A stretch of 64,000 bases of DNA from an uncultured Spirochaetota bacterium (GCA_963734545.1 CAVTHO010000007.1:832001-896000); one strand, 5' to 3'; positions 40,752 through 51,408 are shown, counted from the stretch's first letter. The notes: generated from the sequence alone by a model not told the origin. Translations and numbers: made by a program.

Positions 40752-40867
40752 TGTTCGACGATCTGACACAATGTGCCACTGTATCTGGCACTTTAACACC
40801 GGGCGGGGAAGGGATCAAGAGCGCCCGTTCGGAGCGCTGGCCAGAAGTTCCGCGCTCGAAAGGTATT

Positions 40868-42263
40868 CTATTCCGCAGAGTCGGCGTCTGAACCCGGGAA
40901 CCCGTTCTCCCGCGCCGTCCTGGCGTACCATCGGCCCGAGTCCTTCAGGACACGCGTCTGCGTTTCGTAGTCGACCCAGTTCATTCCGAAACGCTTGGTG
41001 AACCCGAAACCCCATTCGAAATTGTCCATGAAGGACCAGAGGAAGTAGCCGCGGACGTCGGCCCCGTCATCGATGGCCTGCCGGACCGCGGCCGCGTGGC
41101 GCGCAATGTAGCGCACGCGCACGGGATCGTGGACGATTCCATCGGCTCCCGGCGCGTCGGGAAGAGACGTGCCGTTCTCGGTGACGTACATGAACTTCGG
41201 GCTGGTACTCGCGCTGCACGCGGAGCAGGGTCCGGTACAGGCCCTCGGGAGCAATCTCCCATTCTTCGAAATCAGCCCTCGGAACGAACGGCCAGTGCAC
41301 CTGTCGGGCGGCAAACACGGCCCTTCCCGACGTCCCCCGGCCCGCCGGATCGTGCGCAATCACCCTGCGGGTGTAGAAATTGACGCCAAGAAAATCGATG
41401 GGCGCGGCAATCGTCTCCATGTCCCCCGGGGACACGGCAGGCGCGTCGCTCCCGTACCAGGCGATCATGTCTCCCGGGTACCGGGCTCTGAATACAGGGT
41501 CCAGGAACCAGCGATTGAAAGCGCCGTCATGCCGCATGGCCGCGGCCACGTCCTCCTCCCGCGGGGAGGCAGGCTCGATCCATTCGAGGTTGTGCACGAT
41601 GCCCACGCTCGCCCCGGGCGAATTGGCACGGATCACCGGCACCGCCCGGCCGTGGGAAAGCAGGATGCCATGCGCAACGGACAGGGCGGTGCGGAGGTCC
41701 TTGAGGCCGGGTGCGTGGTCACCGAAAAGGTTCCCGACGAATGCGGCCACCCACGGCTCATTGTGCGTCATCCAGTCCTTGACCCGGTCCCCCAGCCGTC
41801 GGGTGACCGCCTCTGCGTAGCGGACAAACGCATCCACCGTGGCCCGGTCGGCCCAGCCGCCGCTCTCCTGGAGCTTCTGGGGCAGGTCCCAGTGGTACAG
41901 CGTGGCAAACGGCCGCACGCCCCGCGCAAGCAGCGCGTCCACCAGGCGCTCGTAGAAATCAAGTCCTTTCGGGTTGACCGGGCCGACTCCGTCGGGGACC
42001 ACGCGCGGCCAGGCAATGGAAAATCGATAAGCCCGAAGGCCAAGATCCTTCATCAGGTCGAGGTCCGCAAGATAGCGATGGTAATGGTCGCACGCAACGC
42101 GCGCGTCCTTGCCGTCAGCGGTCTTCCCCGGCGTGCCGGCAAATCGATCCCAGATGGACTCGCCCTTCCCGTCCTCGTCTTTCGCCCCTTCGATCTGATA
42201 AGCGGACGTTGCCGTTCCCCAGACGAAGCCGTCGGGAAATCGGAGAAAATCCCGGTTGGCCAT
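40868..42263 (-). CDS. GH1 beta-glucosidase (frameshift near 41200)
   Basis: FVWGTATSAYQIEG, TLYHWDLP, THNEPW, YVTENG, WSFMDNFEW. Confidence 0.93.
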
Positions 42264-42265
42264 GA

Positions 42266-43138
42266 TCACCCCTTCAGCGCACCGGCGGTCACGCCGGCCA
42301 TGATCCGTTTGGAGAAGAAAAAGAAGAGCACGAGCGGCACGACTGCCACGAGGGTCATGCAGGCAAACTGGATGGCGTAGTCCGAACGGTATTCACCCTG
42401 GAACTTGATGATGGCGAAAGGCAGGGTGCGCAGATCATCCGTGGCCAGGTAGGTGTAGGCCATGATGAACTCGTTCCAGTTATTGAGAAAAGTCATGACG
42501 CACACAGTCACCGTTGCGCCTCCGGACATGGGCGCAACGACATTCCAGAAGATGCGGGGCCAGGAGGCCCCGTCCATGAACGCGGACTCTTCCATGGACC
42601 GGGGCAGCGTCCTGAGCTGGCCCATGTAGACGAGAGTGTTGAAGCTCAGCGTGAAAGCTATGTACGGGATGATGAGACCCAGGTGAGTGTTGATCAATCC
42701 GAAATAGTTGAACCAGATGAAGTTCGGAAGCAGCGTCGTGTGAATAGGCACGACCATGCCGAGGGTGACTGCGATCATGGCGATGGGACGGAGCTTCCAT
42801 TTCATTCGCGTCACGGCATACGCCAGGCAGAAAGAGATGAAAACGGATGCCGCCACAGATGCGGCCACGACGATCGTGCTGTTCAGGAAATAGCGCGGGA
42901 TCTTCCCGTCGACCCATGCGCGCACGTAGTTGTTCCACTGAGGGATTGTCGGGATCTTGATAAACTCGGTGCCGAAGAGATCTCCGGACTTCAGAATGGA
43001 GTAGTTGAAGACCCAGAGGAGCGGAAAGAGCTGAAGGAAAGCGAGCAGGATGAGAAACGCAGACAGGATCGTCTTCCCGATGGACTTCAACGCCGTCGGC
43101 CGGACGCCGGCTACTGTACCCGGGCTACTGTGCATCAT
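42266..43138 (-). CDS. Carbohydrate ABC permease
   Basis: YFLNS, EESAFMDGA (EAA loop), WNEF. Confidence 0.92.
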   Translation of the reverse strand: MMHSSPGTVAGVRPTALKSIGKTILSAFLILLAFLQLFPLLWVFNYSILKSGDLFGTEFIKIPTIPQWNNYVRAWVDGKIPRYFLNSTIVVAASVAASVFISFCLAYAVTRMKWKLRPIAMIAVTLGMVVPIHTTLLPNFIWFNYFGLINTHLGLIIPYIAFTLSFNTLVYMGQLRTLPRSMEESAFMDGASWPRIFWNVVAPMSGGATVTVCVMTFLNNWNEFIMAYTYLATDDLRTLPFAIIKFQGEYRSDYAIQFACMTLVAVVPLVLFFFFSKRIMAGVTAGALKG

Positions 43139-44015
43139 CGTTGCGCCTCAGGATCTGCTGCACCACGAGCGTAAGGCCCACTGCCACTGCAACGAACAGA
43201 ACGGAGAGGGCGTTGCCGTAGCCGTAGGCGCTTGCATAGAAGGCTTTTTGATAGAGGTAGACGGAGACGAATTGCGTCAGAAATCCCGGGCCGCCGTCGG
43301 TGGAGAGAAAGATCATCTCCATCTGACGCAGGGATGAAATCACGTCGATGACGAGGACCGCGGAGATGACGGGGAACATGAAGGGGATGATGATGCGCAC
43401 ATACGCCTGGAACCATCCCGCGCCGTCCACGCGCGCCGCCTCTTCAATCTCCTTGGGCACTGTCATCAGATCCGGTGTAGTAGAAGAGCAGGGCCCAGCC
43501 GAACCCCTGCCAGAGAATGATCCAGAGGACCGATCCCAGGGCGGTGTGCGGGTTGGAGAGCCAGGAGATGTTGATGCCCGTCAGGCCGATGACGTGAAGA
43601 AACTTGTTGAGGATTCCATACGTGGGGTTGAAGATGCTGACCCACATCTTGGTGATCACGACCAGGGAGAGCACCGCGGGGACGAAGTAGATGGTACGCA
43701 GCACCCGGGAGAAGCGGGACGAAAGGTGGGAGAGGACCGCGGCAAGGGCGAACGCAGCGGGATTCTGGATGCAGATGGTCACGATCATGAGGATCAAGGC
43801 GTTCATGAGTGCCCGCCAGAATACAGGGTCTGCCGTGAGTATCTCGCCGGTAGTTCTCGAGGCCGACCATGTGTGAACTTCCCGAATCCCGCCCAGTCGG
43901 TGAGGCTGTAGTAAGCGGAAAAGCCTATGGGCACGACAAGAGAGAACACCATCACGGCAATGCCCGGCACCACCAGCGCGGCGATCACCTTTCCATTGCC
44001 GAACAAGCCTTTCAC
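43125..44015 (-). CDS. Carbohydrate ABC permease (frameshifts near 43870, 43810, 43465)
   Basis: YSLTDW.G, RTIYFVPAVLS, WQGFGW, EAARVDGA, YGYGNALS. Confidence 0.85.
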
Positions 44016-44042
44016 GCGCGGAACCTCCTCTCCCCCCCGTTC

Positions 44043-44075
44043 AAAAAAGAGGCGGCGCCCGCGGAGGGCGCCGCC
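44043..44075 (-). terminator. Intrinsic terminator / stabiliser after the binding-protein gene
   Basis: Perfect 10-bp stem GGCGGCGCCC/GGGCGCCGCC followed by TCTTTTTT on the minus strand. Confidence 0.8.
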
Positions 44076-44094
44076 ACAGGAAAAGCAGACAAAG

Positions 44095-45352
44095 CTACCG
44101 CTGCTTGGACGCCTTTTCAGCCGAGGCGTCGAGCTTCTTGCAGAACTCCTCCGGCGTGATCGAGACCGGATGAGAGCTCGCGGGTGAAGTTCTGGTGGTC
44201 ATCCTTGAATTGCGGAGTGGAGCGGTCGATTGTGGTTGTACCACTCGTCGTCTTCGCATCTCCCAGGATCTTGAGAAGAGTCTTGGCCACCGGCGTGTCG
44301 GACGCCCGTGCCGTGACCTTCTGCGCCGGGAATGCCGCTCCCTTCTCCCATGCAAGCCCGGGGAAACGCTCTGCGTAGAACTTGAGATACTTCAGGTCGA
44401 GGTCCTTGTACTTCGAGGCGGAGCTGATGACGTAGTTGCCGCCGAACCAGGCTTCCAGATCGTCCACTTTGCCCTTGCCATTCTTCAGCACAGGGAACTT
44501 GAAGGCGTCCACGTTGGCCCTGAACTCTTCGGAGAAGTTCGAGTCCGTGGCAAGCCCCATTTCCCAGGGGCCCATGATGTACATGGCTGCCTTGCCCTGG
44601 CCGAAGAGGTTGCGGGAGGCGCCATAGTCGGAGACCATCAGATCGTCGGCGAACAGGCCTGACTGGATGAACTTGAGGTACTGCCGTGCGCCTTCAACAA
44701 AGTCAGGATCCGTGAACTTCGCCTTTCGATCCAGCGCCGCCTGCTGACGGGAGAAGTCCCCGTTCACTCGCTGGCAGATGACGTCATACGTAATGGACAA
44801 CGGCCACGCGTCCTTGCCGTCAGTGACTATGGGGATAATCCCCTTGGCCTTGAACTTCGGGGCAAGGGCCATCAGGTCTTCGATCGTCGTGGGGACCGAA
44901 GCTCCCGCGTCCTTGAACAGCTTCTTATTGTAGTAAATGACCCAGAAGTCGCCGGAGACCGGAATGCCGTAGAGCTTCCCGCCGTACATGTTGCTTTCCA
45001 GGGAGCCGGCCACGTAGCCGTATTTCGCGAAATCAGCCTTGTTGAGCTCTATCACGAACCCGCCGTCCACCATCGGCTTCAGGAGCGTGGAAAAGCTCCA
45101 GTACTTGAAGACGTCCGGAAGCTGCTTCGCGGTGGCATAGATCTTGATCTTCTGCTGGAAGGGCTGGTCGGGATAGCTTTCCGTAACGATCTCCACACCT
45201 GGGTTGGCTGCCTTGAATTCGGCGTTGATCTGCTCGATGACCGCGCCCCACCCGTTGTTGCGGTCAGGATGGGGGTCGGCCATCTTCAAGGTCTGCGCCC
45301 AGAGCCCGCTCGCCACGCACAGGGCGAGTGCTACGATGACAAGTCTCTTCAT
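44095..45352 (-). CDS. Oligosaccharide ABC solute-binding protein (frameshift near 44170)
   Basis: Signal peptide, LPDVF, YGIP, YYNKKLF, GKAAMYIMGPW. Confidence 0.9.
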
Positions 45353-45384
45353 TATTCCCTCCTTCATCGGATTGCGCCGGCCTG

Positions 45385-45404
45385 GCACGGTACCCCGCGC
45401 AGTT
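45385..45404 (+). repeat. Palindromic REP-like element, intergenic copy
   Basis: GCACGG-TACC-CCGCGC-AGTT. Confidence 0.45.
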
Positions 45405-45527
45405 CGGCGGCTGGATGACGAAAGGGAGTATCCCACGGCGTGCGGGACCCGTGAATGACGCACGTTCCGGTAGTTTGACGAATTCTCCGATAAAAGGCGG
45501 TTTCGGCCCACGCCCGCCGTCACCAGA

Positions 45528-46736
45528 TCACCCGTCCGAGCCATCTGTCCCCCGCGGCCAGGCGCTTGGACTGAGACCGGTCAGCTTCTTGAAGACCCGG
45601 CTGAAATGCTCCACGTTGGGATAGCCCACTCGCTCACCCACCTCGTATACCTTCAGGCGGGACGAAGAAAGAAGCCTCTTCGCCTCCTCAATGCGGACCT
45701 GCGCCAGGTGTCCCATCAGCGTCTCCCCGGTCTCCCGAGTAAACTCCCAGCTCAGGTGGTTCTTTGAAACGCCGGCTTTTTCAGCTATTTCCGAGAGCGA
45801 TACTCCCGGATTCCCGTAGTGGTCGCGAATGAAGCGCCGCGCCACGACCACGATCCTCGACTCCACGCTGCGGCCGGCCAGGAGGCTGCGATACATGGCC
45901 GGTATCGATTCAAGGCTCTCACATACCCGGCCGTGGGAGAACGAGGTGTGGACAGACAAATACCGCTCCATGTACTCGCGCGCGTCCTCGCAGAAGCCCT
46001 GCACGGCGCCTTCCGGCCCGGTGAAGAACACAACAGCATGATCGGGTCGGACAATCACGACCTCCCCGGATCCCCGCTTTGCAAGGACCTGGGCGAGAGA
46101 GCGTTCCACCATCACGGAAAACCGGCCAAGCCCTTCGTCCCGATGCCGGAGGGAGACTTCTTCGAAATCCTTGACCCAGAATGCACAGAGGAAAAACGGA
46201 GGCGCCAGGGTGACGCCGAGCCCGGCAAGCGCTTCTGCCTGGTCTGCTCCGGCAGGACCGGCAAGGAGGTCTTTCAGCGCCTGCGCACGAAGGAACTCGA
46301 CCTGCGTGCGGGCCAGGATCGAGGTGGTGCGCTCGCGCGACTCCTCCATGCCCTCTCCTGTTGCGCGCAGCAGCGACAGAAGCGATTCTCCGTCCATCTC
46401 CGCTTTCAGCACGTAGTCCCGTGCTCCGAGTGTGAAGGCGGTGCGGACAAGGTGGAAGTCGTCGTACGCCGAAAGCACGATCACTGCGAGCGGATTCTCT
46501 CTCCGGCCGCCCTCCCCCGCCGCAAGACGGCGCAGAAACTCTATCCCGTCCATCACCGGCATCGTGATATCCAGCAGGACCATGTCTATCTCAGGGTGGG
46601 CGGCAAGAATTGCCAGCGCGTCCCGGCCGTTGGAGGCCTCGAAGCGCATGGAAAAGCCGTCCTCTTCCCATGGACGCAGGCTGGCGAGGGAAAGCCGGAC
46701 AAAAGGCTCATCGTCCACGAGAAGGACGCTATGCAT
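45528..46736 (-). CDS. YesN-like response regulator (REC plus AraC HTH)
   Basis: VLLVDDE, DITMPVMDG, YVLK, VGYPNVEHFSRVFKK.TG.SP. Confidence 0.92.
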   Translation of the reverse strand: MHSVLLVDDEPFVRLSLASLRPWEEDGFSMRFEASNGRDALAILAAHPEIDMVLLDITMPVMDGIEFLRRLAAGEGGRRENPLAVIVLSAYDDFHLVRTAFTLGARDYVLKAEMDGESLLSLLRATGEGMEESRERTTSILARTQVEFLRAQALKDLLAGPAGADQAEALAGLGVTLAPPFFLCAFWVKDFEEVSLRHRDEGLGRFSVMVERSLAQVLAKRGSGEVVIVRPDHAVVFFTGPEGAVQGFCEDAREYMERYLSVHTSFSHGRVCESLESIPAMYRSLLAGRSVESRIVVVARRFIRDHYGNPGVSLSEIAEKAGVSKNHLSWEFTRETGETLMGHLAQVRIEEAKRLLSSSRLKVYEVGERVGYPNVEHFSRVFKKLTGLSPSAWPRGTDGSDG

Positions 46737-48588
46737 TGCCGCCCGCCTCGCGCACCACCACGGGCAGATGGAATCGCACGAGTGTGAACGCTCCTGCCTC
46801 GCTTTCCACGGACAGACCGAAGGGCTCGCCGAAGTTGAGCCTGATGCGCTGCATGACATTGGCCAGGCCGATCCGGTGGAGACTGCCGGCATCTCCGTGC
46901 CCGTCACGCGGGCTTTCAAAAAGGGAAGCAATCCTCTCTCCATCCATCCCGACGCCATTGTCGCGCACTTCCAGCACCAGGCGCCGGCCCGGGAGCGCAA
47001 CGAGGCCCTGCTCGGAAATCGGCGCGCTGCCCAGCTCGGGCGCCTCCTCGAAGCGTGACTGGAGGACCAGGGCGCCCCTCCGACCGCAGCCCGGGATGCC
47101 GTGCAGAATCCCGTTTTCCACGATCGGCTGGAGGATCATCCTGAGCACGAGGCAGTCCTGGGTTCCTTCCGCGATCCGATAATCGACGTCGAAGTTCTCC
47201 CCGAAGCGCACCTTCATGATCCCGACGTAGCTGTGCATGTTCGCAATCTCGTGCGCAAGGTCGGTGAAGGGCCCCGCGCCCGCATAGCTGTCCGCCAGGA
47301 TGCGCATGAGAGCCTGCGTCATGTCGCCGATGGCGTCCACTTTCGCCGCTCGGGCCATGAGCCGGATGGAGTTCAGCGTATTTGAAACAAAATGCGGATT
47401 GATCTGGAACCGGAGCGCCTCCAGCTCTGCCTTCATGCGCTGCCGGTCGCGCACCTCTTTTTCAAGAGTCAGGGCGCGTATTTCCTCCATCATCCGGTTG
47501 AAGCTCTCCGTAAGAACGGCGATCTCCTCGATCCCCGTGGCGGGAACACGCACAGCGTAGTCTCCGCGGCCGGCCTTTCCCATGCTGTGGGCAACCGCGC
47601 GGATGGGATTTGCAATCCGGGACGTGAAGATTCCCGCGTAGAGGAAGAACAGAATGCAGAGCAGGGCGAGCGCCGGGTAGAGGTACCACTGGTAGGAGGT
47701 GATCCGCCCGGTGATCGAGGACCGGTCTGCCAGCAGCACGATTGTCCAGCCGGTTGACTCCATGCGGAGCGAGCTGGCAAGCCAGGACCTGCCATTCAAC
47801 CTCACAGTATGGAATGTAGAGGCGGCCCCTTCCGAGTCGGCCCGGGGCGGCACCAGGCCGGCCGGGTGCTCCTCCGTGACGAAGCTCGGCAGGCTTGTCA
47901 GCAGCACGCGGCCGTCTCTTGAGTAGATCACGACATCGCTCGCGGTCTCGGTCTCGGGCCGGGACAAGAGACTGTCGAAATAGGGGACCCGGAACATCAC
48001 CAGGATAGCATCAAGGTTCGTGTCGTATTCCTCCGGCGAGGGACAGACCGCCACGGAGAGCATGAACTTCTCTCCGATATTCCCCGCTACTCCGGTGAGG
48101 CTGTCCAGAAGAAAGACCTTTCCCGGGTCCTTTTTCGCCTCGGCGTAAATCGAGCGGTCAATCCCGCCGACGGACCGTATGTTCGTATAATTGCCGTAGT
48201 AGTACACCCCGCCGTGGCGCATATAGAGAACCACTGCCCCCACTCGGTTGGAATAGGTCAAGAAGCTGATCAGCTTGTCGTCAAGGCGATTCGAGGCAAG
48301 AAGCCTCTCTCCGCTGCCTTCTGCCCGGGCATACCTGTCCGCAAGCGTGCGAAGCTCCTGGTCGTGGTAGAGCGCGGACGTGAGAATGGAGACCCCGTCC
48401 GCTTCGCTGCGGATGCTCTGCGCCACCTGCGTGATGACCGCCTCTGTCTGCCGGGACACCGTGGCATACAACGCGGAGATGTACAGCCGCGAAAGAATGA
48501 TTGAGACGAGGACGCCGGGAAGGAAAATAAGTAGAATGAAGGCAAGGTAGAACCTTTGACGGATAGAGACCACGCCCGAGTATATCAT
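46729..48588 (-). CDS. YesM-like sensor histidine kinase
   Basis: Two TMs, HAMP, QINPHF..NTLNSI, LQPIVEN.I.HG, DNGVG, IGLANV. Confidence 0.92.
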   Translation of the reverse strand: MIYSGVVSIRQRFYLAFILLIFLPGVLVSIILSRLYISALYATVSRQTEAVITQVAQSIRSEADGVSILTSALYHDQELRTLADRYARAEGSGERLLASNRLDDKLISFLTYSNRVGAVVLYMRHGGVYYYGNYTNIRSVGGIDRSIYAEAKKDPGKVFLLDSLTGVAGNIGEKFMLSVAVCPSPEEYDTNLDAILVMFRVPYFDSLLSRPETETASDVVIYSRDGRVLLTSLPSFVTEEHPAGLVPPRADSEGAASTFHTVRLNGRSWLASSLRMESTGWTIVLLADRSSITGRITSYQWYLYPALALLCILFFLYAGIFTSRIANPIRAVAHSMGKAGRGDYAVRVPATGIEEIAVLTESFNRMMEEIRALTLEKEVRDRQRMKAELEALRFQINPHFVSNTLNSIRLMARAAKVDAIGDMTQALMRILADSYAGAGPFTDLAHEIANMHSYVGIMKVRFGENFDVDYRIAEGTQDCLVLRMILQPIVENGILHGIPGCGRRGALVLQSRFEEAPELGSAPISEQGLVALPGRRLVLEVRDNGVGMDGERIASLFESPRDGHGDAGSLHRIGLANVMQRIRLNFGEPFGLSVESEAGAFTLVRFHLPVVVREAGGNA

Positions 48589-48648
48589 GAAATCCGCCGT
48601 GGTCTCGGGTGGCACCGATTTGCGTATATTATCCAGGGAAGAGAAGAC

Positions 48649-49029
48649 ATGAAACACAGCCTGCCGCTGGCGATTCTGATCGGATGCTCGATGTTGATCG
48701 GTTCCTGCTCCTCTTTCGCCTACCTCCAATCCGACGACTACAGGCAGGCCGGAATCCAGGTGACGACAAATTCTGAGGCCGTCTCCGGCATGCAGGCGAT
48801 CAACCGATGGGCCGCTGAGTTTGGACCCACGTACAGCGCGGAAGACGTTGCCGTGTGGGCTGCCAATCGGCTGGCGAAACAGGGGCGGCGTGACGTCCTG
48901 GTCCTGGTCGAGCTGATCTCATACTGCATTCCTCCCGTCAGGGGCCTCCTGGAGGAAAACATGTGGAGGATATCGGTCTACAGCATCCTTCCCCGGACGG
49001 AATCGCCTGCGCCCAGCTCGGTGTTTTGA
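48649..49029 (+). CDS. Hypothetical protein, putative lipoprotein
   Basis: Hydrophobic N-terminus with possible lipobox IGSC. Confidence 0.5.
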   Translation: MKHSLPLAILIGCSMLIGSCSSFAYLQSDDYRQAGIQVTTNSEAVSGMQAINRWAAEFGPTYSAEDVAVWAANRLAKQGRRDVLVLVELISYCIPPVRGLLEENMWRISVYSILPRTESPAPSSVF

Positions 49030-49078
49030 CCGTGCTGCCCTGCATGGGCAGACTTAAGCGCCAAGGAGGCGATCGGTT

Positions 49079-50314
49079 GTGCGGAAGGCTCCTGGATACG
49101 TGATGGTCCTGATCGCCCTTGTTCTCGGGGTTATTCTTGTCGCAATCGCTCCATTCGTCCTCTTCACCCCGCGCGCTCCGAAGGCTTCGACCGATCTCGA
49201 CAGCATCGAAAAGCTGGAGGCGTACCTGCGCGCACTCACGACCCACGGGACGCCGCCGGCCGTGGACATCGTCGTCATCAGGAGCGGGTCCCCTGTCTAC
49301 TCAAAGGCCTTCGGCTTCGCTGACGGTCCCGGGGGAAGACCGGCAGGGCCGAACGATGTGTACCACTACTGGTCGGTGACAAAACTCTTTACCGCGACGG
49401 CAATCATGCAGCTGGTCGAAGACGGAAGGCTTGGCCTTGACGATCCGGTAACGAAATATCTGCCGGCATTCAGGACACACACGAAATCGGGGGCCGCGGC
49501 CGATATCACCATCCGCCAGCTTCTCAACCACACTTCGGGAATGAAGGACCTTGCTCCCACCCACCTCGCAGGCTGGATACACCATCTTGGAGAACAGCCC
49601 GTGGACCAGGTGGCACTGGTGCGGGAGCGCATGGAGTCATACCTCACTCTTGCCGGTGAGCCGGGCACGAAAGGCGCATACAGCAACGCTGGCTATATCG
49701 TCCTGGGGGCCCTGGTGAGCGAGGCGACAGGTCAGCCTTACGAGGATTTCGTGCGCAGCCGGATTCTGCGTCCCCTGGGAATGACCAGCACGGACTTCGT
49801 CTATCGAAGCGATATGCTCCCCCGTGCTGCCGCGGGCACGCATCCGCTGTTCCATTTCTTTACGCCGATGCTTCTGGCGCTCCACCATGATTGGTTTTCC
49901 AGCTGGGTCGACAAGGTCAGCAATGCCCGAATGTGGTTCAAACCGATGTACACCGACTACACGAGTCCGACAGGACTGATCGGCACCGCGGAAGACCTTG
50001 CCCGGTTCGGGCAAGCCTTTGTTTCAGCAGGGCAGCTGGACGGCAGCCGCATATTGAAGGCTGAGTCGGTGTCGATGATGCTGAACGACGGGTATGGGGA
50101 AAACAGCGGGCCGGACAAGGATCGGATGGGTCTCGGGTGGCACTGGTGGAACGATGCACCTGTCCCTTTCAAGGGCCACGGCGGCGGCGGTCCCGGCTTC
50201 GGGGCGCAGCTTGCCATTTTCCCGGAACAGAAGATGGTAATCGTCATACTTGCCAACGACACCCTGATTGACCGCGTCGGCCTGACGAAGCTTGTTGCAG
50301 CCGTCTTCCAGTGA
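49079..50314 (+). CDS. Serine hydrolase, beta-lactamase class C-like family
   Basis: SVTK, LLNHTSG, YSN.GY, GHGG; N-terminal TM. Confidence 0.9.
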   Translation: MRKAPGYVMVLIALVLGVILVAIAPFVLFTPRAPKASTDLDSIEKLEAYLRALTTHGTPPAVDIVVIRSGSPVYSKAFGFADGPGGRPAGPNDVYHYWSVTKLFTATAIMQLVEDGRLGLDDPVTKYLPAFRTHTKSGAAADITIRQLLNHTSGMKDLAPTHLAGWIHHLGEQPVDQVALVRERMESYLTLAGEPGTKGAYSNAGYIVLGALVSEATGQPYEDFVRSRILRPLGMTSTDFVYRSDMLPRAAAGTHPLFHFFTPMLLALHHDWFSSWVDKVSNARMWFKPMYTDYTSPTGLIGTAEDLARFGQAFVSAGQLDGSRILKAESVSMMLNDGYGENSGPDKDRMGLGWHWWNDAPVPFKGHGGGGPGFGAQLAIFPEQKMVIVILANDTLIDRVGLTKLVAAVFQ

Positions 50315-50323
50315 GACTGCGGC

Positions 50324-50348
50324 AAAAAACGGGACGCTCTCGCGTCCC
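50324..50348 (-). terminator. Terminator downstream of tRNA-Glu, possibly bidirectional
   Basis: GGGACGC/GCGTCCC stem plus T6 on the minus strand. Confidence 0.7.
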
Positions 50349-50351
50349 TCT

Positions 50352-50423
<72 letters not shown>

Positions 50424-50443
50424 ACACCCAGCGTGCGGGCTCA

Positions 50444-50473
50444 CGTATAGCCTTTCGAGGCTGTTTTTGTCAA
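50444..50473 (-). promoter_or_regulatory. sigma70-type promoter for tRNA-Glu
   Basis: TTGACA-18bp-TATACG. Confidence 0.6.
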
Positions 50474-50565
50474 GGGTTTCTGGCTCCCCGGGGGGGTGGT
50501 GACGCGCAGGGGCGTCCTGGTGTAGGATGCGCGTCACAACACGATACAACATTGGAGGAGGCCGT

Positions 50566-50660
50566 ATGGCAAAGGTCAGCTGGAACCGGACATGGAGCAT
50601 CAAGATGAGAAAAAAGAGCCGGGGAAAAAAGGCAAGAACAGGAACACAAAGAAGAAGTAG
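50566..50660 (+). CDS. Putative small basic peptide, ~31 aa (needs one extra A in a homopolymer)
   Basis: GGAGGAGG RBS; MAKVSWNRTWSIKMRKKSRGKK then GKNRNTKKK* after correction. Confidence 0.5.
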
Positions 50661-50689
50661 GTCAGTGTCTCCGTCTGCCCGGCAGGCCG

Positions 50690-50801
50690 ACTCGCGGCGA
50701 ATCCTGGCATGCAGCAGGACCGCCATCCACATGCGAAAAGGTCTCCATGGGCGGGCAATCTCGAGCACCCGGGCAAAGTCCTGAGACTGCTCGAGCTTAT
50801 G
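50690..50801 (-). pseudogene. C-terminal remnant of an AlkA-like DNA-3-methyladenine glycosylase
   Basis: ...ARVLEIARPWRPFRMWMAVLL resembles the HhH-GPD WRP.R end motif; rest of the gene is absent. Confidence 0.45.
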
Positions 50802-50839
50802 TGCGATCTTTACCGCGTATTCAGTGTACGGCCCTGAAA

Positions 50840-51064
50840 CTACGATTCGCCTATTGCTCGCGTCTGCACCGCCGGTTGAACTCTGGCAGTGAAGCCAAGG
50901 TCGACGACCACCGGATTGCCTATGATCTGGAAGTCAGCCCACCTTGCCACCTCGTTGTTGACTAGCAGCAACAACTCCCCGTCGCCATCATCAACTTTGC
51001 TGCTGACTATCCCTTCGACGTTCTCGCCTGTCTGCTTGTTTCTGAGATGGAGTCTGCAAACCAT
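50840..51064 (-). CDS. Small hypothetical protein, 74 aa
   Basis: GGGAGG RBS before ATG; plausible composition. Confidence 0.45.
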   Translation of the reverse strand: MVCRLHLRNKQTGENVEGIVSSKVDDGDGELLLLVNNEVARWADFQIIGNPVVVDLGFTARVQPAVQTRAIGES

Positions 51065-51291
51065 GGTGACCTCCCTGCTGCCGCCTTCCCCTGGAGCGTG
51101 TGCGGAAGCCGTCCCTGGGGACACCTATATCTACCAGATGAAACATGACTCGGTTGTGCAGAGAGGGGAATTGTCGCCATGCGCTGTGCATAGCCGCAGA
51201 GGTACGACTGAGGCATCTGCCGTCCGAACCTCACAAGCGGCTGAACATGAGATCGGATGAGCGAACTTTATATTCGAATCCGATGAACAAT

Positions 51292-51364
51292 TGAGCCGCC
51301 CCGGACTCGAACCGGGGACCCACAGCTTAAAAGGCTGATGCTCTGCCAACTGAGCTAGCGGCCC
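51292..51364 (-). tRNA. tRNA-Lys(TTT)
   Basis: GGGCCGC/GCGGCTC acceptor stem, TAGCTCAGTTGGCAGAGC, CAGC-CTTTTAA-GCTG, GGTTCGAGTCC. Confidence 0.95.
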
Positions 51365-51379
51365 GTTTAGCGCGCGAGT

Positions 51380-51408
51380 ACAATATCCGGTCGGTTTTTT
51401 TTTGTCAA
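51380..51408 (-). promoter_or_regulatory. sigma70-type promoter for tRNA-Lys
   Basis: TTGACA-17bp-TATTGT. Confidence 0.7.

Noticed and set aside
40786-40801. sigma54 promoter from TGGCAC
   Set aside because: No TTGC -12 element at the required spacing on either strand
49079-50314. Antibiotic-resistance beta-lactamase
   Set aside because: Motifs fit the broad serine hydrolase family, which is mostly esterases and peptidases; resistance cannot be inferred
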